From an uncultured virus (IMG/VR IMGVR_UViG_3300009376_000002) (taxonomy: Duplodnaviria > Heunggongvirae > Uroviricota > Caudoviricetes), in IMG/VR virus record IMGVR_UViG_3300009376_000002: a stretch of DNA of 63,962 nucleotides. One strand, 5' to 3'. Position numbers and translations under genes: made by a program. Of this stretch, positions 59,965 to 63,962 are shown piece after piece. The notes under the pieces are model-generated. The model did no database searches and was not told where the DNA came from. It was given only the letters and a program-made list of their open reading frames with translations. Numbering within the stretch: the stretch's first letter is position 1; every line of letters begins with the position of its first letter.

Positions 59965-60208
59965 AGTCTACGTCAAAGACCTCGAGCCTGGAAAAGTTTA
60001 CACCTTCAGTTACTGGCTTCACTCTTCCGCTGGGATCGTGCAATACATCGGCCCATATCAGGAACCGTTCGCAAACGGCAAGACGTGGAAAGCTCACAGG
60101 TTTCTGTGGGTCAAGAAGCCAAGAGGATACGGCGAAGGTCAATCAGTTGTATCACTTTACGGTGACAACATTAGAGGAACGATAGGGTGGTACAATGAAA
60201 AAGGGTGA
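59957..60208 (+). CDS. Hypothetical protein
   Basis: DLEPGKVY. Confidence 0.5.
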   Translation: MSKVYVKDLEPGKVYTFSYWLHSSAGIVQYIGPYQEPFANGKTWKAHRFLWVKKPRGYGEGQSVVSLYGDNIRGTIGWYNEKG

Positions 60209-60554
60209 TCTTGTCAGGGTTAAAGCATCTGAGTTTGATGACTGGGGTAGACACCCACAGGGTTTTCGTTCGACTACGCGAGAAGAGCGAGACCAGTGGC
60301 GCCGGCAATTAAGCAGTGATATCGACGCTGGGCTCACTGAGTGGCACGACTCTGCGGGAGAACCTAGGCTTGCTCCGCAGTCTCACTATATCGATCTTAA
60401 CATGGGTGACGCATACTTGGTGCTCAGAGCGAGAGCACATGCTCGTGTAGGCTGGGGCAACGGTGTTCCCAAGTGCGTTTATCTTGCCTGCCCGAAAACC
60501 GGTGAGAAGTTCTACATGCATCGGGAAGAGGTTGAGGTGGTGAGTGAGCGCTGA
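60195..60554 (+). CDS. GDLV-family protein with insertion
   Basis: MKKGDLVRV...EVEVV. Confidence 0.6.
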   Translation: MKKGDLVRVKASEFDDWGRHPQGFRSTTREERDQWRRQLSSDIDAGLTEWHDSAGEPRLAPQSHYIDLNMGDAYLVLRARAHARVGWGNGVPKCVYLACPKTGEKFYMHREEVEVVSER

Positions 60555-60798
60555 TTGGCTCATGTACGTGGTGGAGTGCGCAGATGGCACCTACTACACA
60601 GGTATAACTACTGATATCACCAGGCGCCTTCACGAGCACAATCACACTAAACGGGCCGCTAAGTACACACGAGCTCGCCGACCCGTGGGCCTAATTTACT
60701 GTGAGAGATATGCTGATCGATCGGAGGCTTCAAAAGCCGAGGCTGCTTTTAAAAAGCTAACACGGAAACAAAAGGAAGCCTACATTGACTGGAATTAA
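60544..60798 (+). CDS. GIY-YIG nuclease (YhbQ/UPF0213-like)
   Basis: YVVEC.DGTYYTGIT.D..RR..EHN, AKYTR and A.K.E..FK. Confidence 0.85.
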   Translation: MSADWLMYVVECADGTYYTGITTDITRRLHEHNHTKRAAKYTRARRPVGLIYCERYADRSEASKAEAAFKKLTRKQKEAYIDWN

Positions 60799-60991
60799 GC
60801 TAGGTGACCTTGTCCGTGTTAAAGAAGGCTCGCGACTTGATGCCCGTGATCCTTTGTCGATGCCCCCTAGCGCTGGGATCGTTATAGATCTGATTGAAGA
60901 TGATGTAGGATACACACATGCTTACGTGCTCTTTCAAGAGCAAAAGTGGTGGATCTTCTCAAACTTGCTGGAGGTGGTAGATGACGTATGA
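60785..60991 (+). CDS. Small GDLV-family protein
   Basis: IKLGDLVRV...LEVV. Confidence 0.6.
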   Translation: MTGIKLGDLVRVKEGSRLDARDPLSMPPSAGIVIDLIEDDVGYTHAYVLFQEQKWWIFSNLLEVVDDV

Positions 60992-61319
60992 CTTTCGGCA
61001 CTACATGCTCAGCCTAAAGTCTGGAAGGACTAATGCTCACTTGCCCCTTCGAGATGGAATGATCCTGTCAATCCAGACCGGAAAGCGAAACTACTCAGAA
61101 CCTCGTCTTGACGGATTATCGCCCTATGACTACGAGTCGTTTGAGGTTGGTATTTTCTCAAAAGACGGAGCGTGGCTCAACCCGTTCATGGAGGCTGACA
61201 TGAGACACAAAGAGTGGAGCTCACACTGGTCAGAGTATGAGGATGTCGCCGGATGGGTTCCAGCTGAAGTCGTGCAGCAGATCTACGACGATCTTCGGGA
61301 GCCAGATGAAACCCGGTGA
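60981..61319 (+). CDS. Hypothetical protein
   Basis: LSIQ...YSEPR...EVG and V.GWVP pattern. Confidence 0.6.
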   Translation: MTYDFRHYMLSLKSGRTNAHLPLRDGMILSIQTGKRNYSEPRLDGLSPYDYESFEVGIFSKDGAWLNPFMEADMRHKEWSSHWSEYEDVAGWVPAEVVQQIYDDLREPDETR

Positions 61320-61509
61320 TCTCGTCAGAATAATCGCAAGAGACGGAGAATGCACGGGACATGGTGTGTATTTATACGATGAGGAATACCCAATATTAGA
61401 CAAGGTTTGCCCGCTAATATTTTATCGAGACAAAGAGAGCGCAAGGTGGTCTTTTGGCCATTTTGATGAACCCTGGTGGTACTTGGAGGTAGTAGATGAA
61501 GATCGGTGA
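61306..61509 (+). CDS. Small GDLV-family protein
   Basis: MKPGDLVRI...LEVV. Confidence 0.6.
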   Translation: MKPGDLVRIIARDGECTGHGVYLYDEEYPILDKVCPLIFYRDKESARWSFGHFDEPWWYLEVVDEDR

Positions 61510-61663
61510 TGAAGTAACAGTGATCGGCAAACCGGAGTTTGGATCCGGAAAGATCGTTAGATTCTATGCTAATCAAAGCACAATCCTTGTTGATTTTGAG
61601 AACGAGGACAGATTGACCTACTGTGACTACGAAAGCGTCGAATTCAGTGACCGCCAGCAGTAA
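61496..61663 (+). CDS. Small GDLV-family protein, 55 aa (not in the ORF track)
   Basis: MKIGDEVTV...FGSGKIV...ILVDF; GGAGGT RBS. Confidence 0.6.
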   Translation: MKIGDEVTVIGKPEFGSGKIVRFYANQSTILVDFENEDRLTYCDYESVEFSDRQQ

Positions 61664-61676
61664 ACTCTGGTCGTGG

Positions 61677-61967
61677 ATGAATGCTCACATGTATATCACT
61701 GTGTTCGTCCTCACTGTCATTACGGATTTCTGGGCCAACTGGTATAGTTACGCCATCGTGCATGACTGGATCGTGGTGCAGGCGTTTCTAGGATTGGCCC
61801 TACCTTTCTTAAATCTTCCCAGCATCTTGTTCTTCATCGATCAAAAAGACATGAAGATCAGGCTCCGGCTGTGTGCTGTCTCTGCTGTTGCCATGATGAT
61901 CGGCTCAACCGCAATGCTCCTCATGATCCGTGCTGGTATCGGTGTGGGCAAGGACATGATCCCATGA
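61677..61967 (+). CDS. Membrane protein
   Basis: Three hydrophobic helices. Confidence 0.55.
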   Translation: MNAHMYITVFVLTVITDFWANWYSYAIVHDWIVVQAFLGLALPFLNLPSILFFIDQKDMKIRLRLCAVSAVAMMIGSTAMLLMIRAGIGVGKDMIP

Positions 61968-62269
61968 AACTAAGCGATTGGGAGAAAACATTCTGGGAAG
62001 ATGAAAAAGGAAACAGGGTCACAATCCAAGATGTTCTGTCAGCATTGCAAGATGAACCGATTGTTTCGCTGGAAGTTGAACCACTGACCCAGATATCTAA
62101 CGTGATCATTGAACAGCATCGGAAGGAAACCGCAGACTTATCTTTTCCGATCATCGCAGTAGAGCAAGAAGGAGAGATCCAGTGCGTTCTTGACGGACAT
62201 CATCGGTTGCAAAGAGCAGTAGACGAAAACAGGACACACATTCTTGCAAAGGTTCTGGTGATCTCGTGA
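61964..62269 (+). CDS. Stand-alone ParB/Srx-like domain protein
   Basis: ADLSFPII...LDGHHRL..A. Confidence 0.7.
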   Translation: MKLSDWEKTFWEDEKGNRVTIQDVLSALQDEPIVSLEVEPLTQISNVIIEQHRKETADLSFPIIAVEQEGEIQCVLDGHHRLQRAVDENRTHILAKVLVIS

Positions 62270-62454
62270 AAGCTGGAGATCTCGTCAGTCGAAAGAGATC
62301 ACCTCGTCGATATCTCGGTTTCGTCGTACGATTGTTTGACCTGGAAGTCCCGTCAATGCTCAATGAGCCGTTACCTGTCGCAGAGTTAATGACAAGTGAA
62401 GGTTTGCGAGTGTGGAAGATCAGAAAGCTAAAGGTGATGTGTGAAAGTCGGTGA
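62266..62454 (+). CDS. Small GDLV-family protein
   Basis: MKAGDLVSR...GFVV. Confidence 0.6.
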   Translation: MKAGDLVSRKRSPRRYLGFVVRLFDLEVPSMLNEPLPVAELMTSEGLRVWKIRKLKVMCESR

Positions 62455-62629
62455 CCTTGTCTATGATACCTCCATTAACAAGCATGGAATGATCATTGCT
62501 GCAGGTATCGAATGGACGGATCACAACGATCAAACTTACGAGTGGGATTACGAAGTGCTCTACTCAGATGGCATGCGCGCCTATGCTGATACCATCGAAC
62601 TTTTCCCTGCGATAGATGCTCCTAAATAG
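62441..62629 (+). CDS. Small GDLV-family protein
   Basis: MKVGDLVYD...GMII...YEVLY. Confidence 0.6.
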   Translation: MKVGDLVYDTSINKHGMIIAAGIEWTDHNDQTYEWDYEVLYSDGMRAYADTIELFPAIDAPK

Positions 62630-62639
62630 CTGCTTTTCC

Positions 62640-62696
62640 AAAAAAAATAAAAAAAAGTGAAAAAAAGAGGAAACTTTTCCGTAAAACTACCGGTAA
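62640..62696 (+). promoter_or_regulatory. Sigma28 (FliA/WhiG)-like promoter with an upstream A-tract (UP-like)
   Basis: GAAACTTT (62670-62677)-N11-ACCGGTAA (62689-62696) versus consensus TAAAGTTT-N11-GCCGATAA. Confidence 0.5.
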
Positions 62697-62732
62697 TAGA
62701 TATAGGACACCCAAAAATGAAAGGTCCTTTAG

Positions 62733-63554
62733 ATGGTAAACGGCATAAACTCACTTGGAACGCGCCTTAACAAGGCATTAGACAACCTTGGATACCCGGA
62801 CGCGGTAGGTGACGTCGCAGGCGCGCAGCTCGACCTGGCAACATTCAACGTCTCAGGCGCAGTTCAAAACTGGAAAGATCTCTTCTCAGGTCAAACCACG
62901 CAGCAGTTTTTAACCAAACCGTCGCAGGCATTAGCAAGATCACGTAGGCTTCACGGTCACACATACGCGCAGAATACTGCACGCACCACGATGAACTCCG
63001 CTCTCCAGGCAATGGACGGTGAGATCATGAACCTTATGCGCGCAGCAGGCGAGACAGGTGCTGATCTACTCAGAGGCCAGATCCGCAAGCAGGGCGGTGA
63101 CATGGAGTCGCTGGTCGGCCCCGGTGCCTCCTTTGAGGACATGCTTGCAGCGTTCCTCTTCAAGCAGATGCGCGACTCCGAGAAAGAGCTTAAGTCACTC
63201 ATGCAAAAGTATGAGTCACTGAAGAAGGGCAAGAAGAAGGGTGGCATCTTCGGCGGCATCAAGTCCGCGTTCAAGTCACTCGCTTCGAAGGCTGTCTCCC
63301 TCGGCGGCGGCATGCTCGGCGGCCTGGTTGGTGGCCCGATCGGCTCACGACTTGGTGCTGCTTTTGGCGGAGGAATAGGTAACTCCCTCTTCGGCAAGAA
63401 GAAAGCTTCCGGTGACGTCGATCACAGCCGTTCAGTGATCAACTTCAAGATCCAGCAAGCGATGAACAAGCGCAAGGAGATGTATGACATGATCTCTAAC
63501 GTTCTGAAGACGATGCACGATATGAGCATGACTTCCATTAGAAACATCAAGTAA
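62733..63554 (+). CDS. Type III secretion substrate/translocator-like protein (myxobacterial-type)
   Basis: Coiled coil, Gly-rich hydrophobic GGMLGGLVGGPIG segment, C-terminal FKIQQAMNKRKEMYDMISNVLKTMHDMSMTSIRNIK. Confidence 0.6.
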   Translation: MVNGINSLGTRLNKALDNLGYPDAVGDVAGAQLDLATFNVSGAVQNWKDLFSGQTTQQFLTKPSQALARSRRLHGHTYAQNTARTTMNSALQAMDGEIMNLMRAAGETGADLLRGQIRKQGGDMESLVGPGASFEDMLAAFLFKQMRDSEKELKSLMQKYESLKKGKKKGGIFGGIKSAFKSLASKAVSLGGGMLGGLVGGPIGSRLGAAFGGGIGNSLFGKKKASGDVDHSRSVINFKIQQAMNKRKEMYDMISNVLKTMHDMSMTSIRNIK

Positions 63555-63564
63555 GGAAATAGAG

Positions 63565-63962
63565 ATGACTGCAATTAACAGGCTTAACAACGGCGGCTCA
63601 ATCCGAATCAACTCCGCACCAGCAACCACACGACAAACTCCGCGTAACGACTTCGGAGCAATGATAGGTCGAGGCGTGGCAAACGGCGCAGGTGCAGTAG
63701 CAGGCGCAGTTGGAGTTGCAGCTCCCTTCATCCCTGGAGGAGCAGTCGTAAGTTCCACCGTCAGTCAGGCAGCCGGCGCGATCGGCAACTACGCTAACGA
63801 TGGTGCGATGAACGTGCCCGGTCAAGCTCCTGGCTTGAACACTCCGATGGGACAAGGCGGAGGATCCTCCACACAATCCCTGATGGACCAGACGAAGCAG
63901 ATGCAGGAGATGCAGATGAGCTTCAACTTGCAGTATCTCAACCTGCAGAACAAGATGCAAGG
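63565..63962 (+). CDS. Second type III secretion substrate-like protein, 3' truncated (not in the ORF track)
   Basis: MTAINRLNNGGSIRIN...RQTPRNDFG...GAVGVAAPFIPGGAVVS...QMQEMQMSFNLQYLNLQNKMQ; open to the window end. Confidence 0.6.
   Translation, partial: MTAINRLNNGGSIRINSAPATTRQTPRNDFGAMIGRGVANGAGAVAGAVGVAAPFIPGGAVVSSTVSQAAGAIGNYANDGAMNVPGQAPGLNTPMGQGGGSSTQSLMDQTKQMQEMQMSFNLQYLNLQNKMQ

Noticed and set aside
60544..60798. GIY-YIG homing endonuclease/mobile element
   Set aside because: It is only 84 aa of the YhbQ-like type, with no DNA-binding extension or intron context.

Overview
This window looks like a 64 kb segment of a large (jumbo-type) tailed bacteriophage, not a cellular chromosome. 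Genes are densely packed and almost all on the + strand, with a single real minus-strand gene. It encodes two tail-fibre proteins, lysis genes (SLT muramidase, amidase_3, holin-like and spanin-like proteins) and replication or repair enzymes (DnaE, DinG-like helicase, flap endonuclease, Fpg/Nei, MBD4-like and DenV-like glycosylases). It also carries a large nucleotide-metabolism set, a tubulin/FtsZ-like GTPase, host-like ClpB, GroEL, FtsH and PEP synthase, one tRNA-Ser(GGA), and an array of small GDLV/KOW-like ORFs. Four structures stand out. (1) At the right end, an operon of myxobacterial type III secretion substrate/translocator-like proteins sits behind a sigma28-like promoter. (2) There is a candidate pyrimidine (probably cytosine) modification pathway: a dNMP kinase fused to a thymidylate-synthase-fold domain carrying the dCMP-specifying Asp, a ThyX with Cys in place of the catalytic Ser, two all-alpha dNTPases, an NDT-family enzyme and sugar-nucleotide enzymes. 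(3) A recurrent amphipathic tag (L-R-x-L-I-R...L-x-E and R-x-x-x-L-A-G) is attached to unrelated enzymes and co-occurs with an ATATTTA late-promoter motif, suggesting enzymes packaged as virion cargo. (4) Two promoter classes are visible by eye: GTGTAA/TTGAAC-N16-17-TATAAT and ATATTTA. All functional calls come from motif recognition by eye; no database searches were run.
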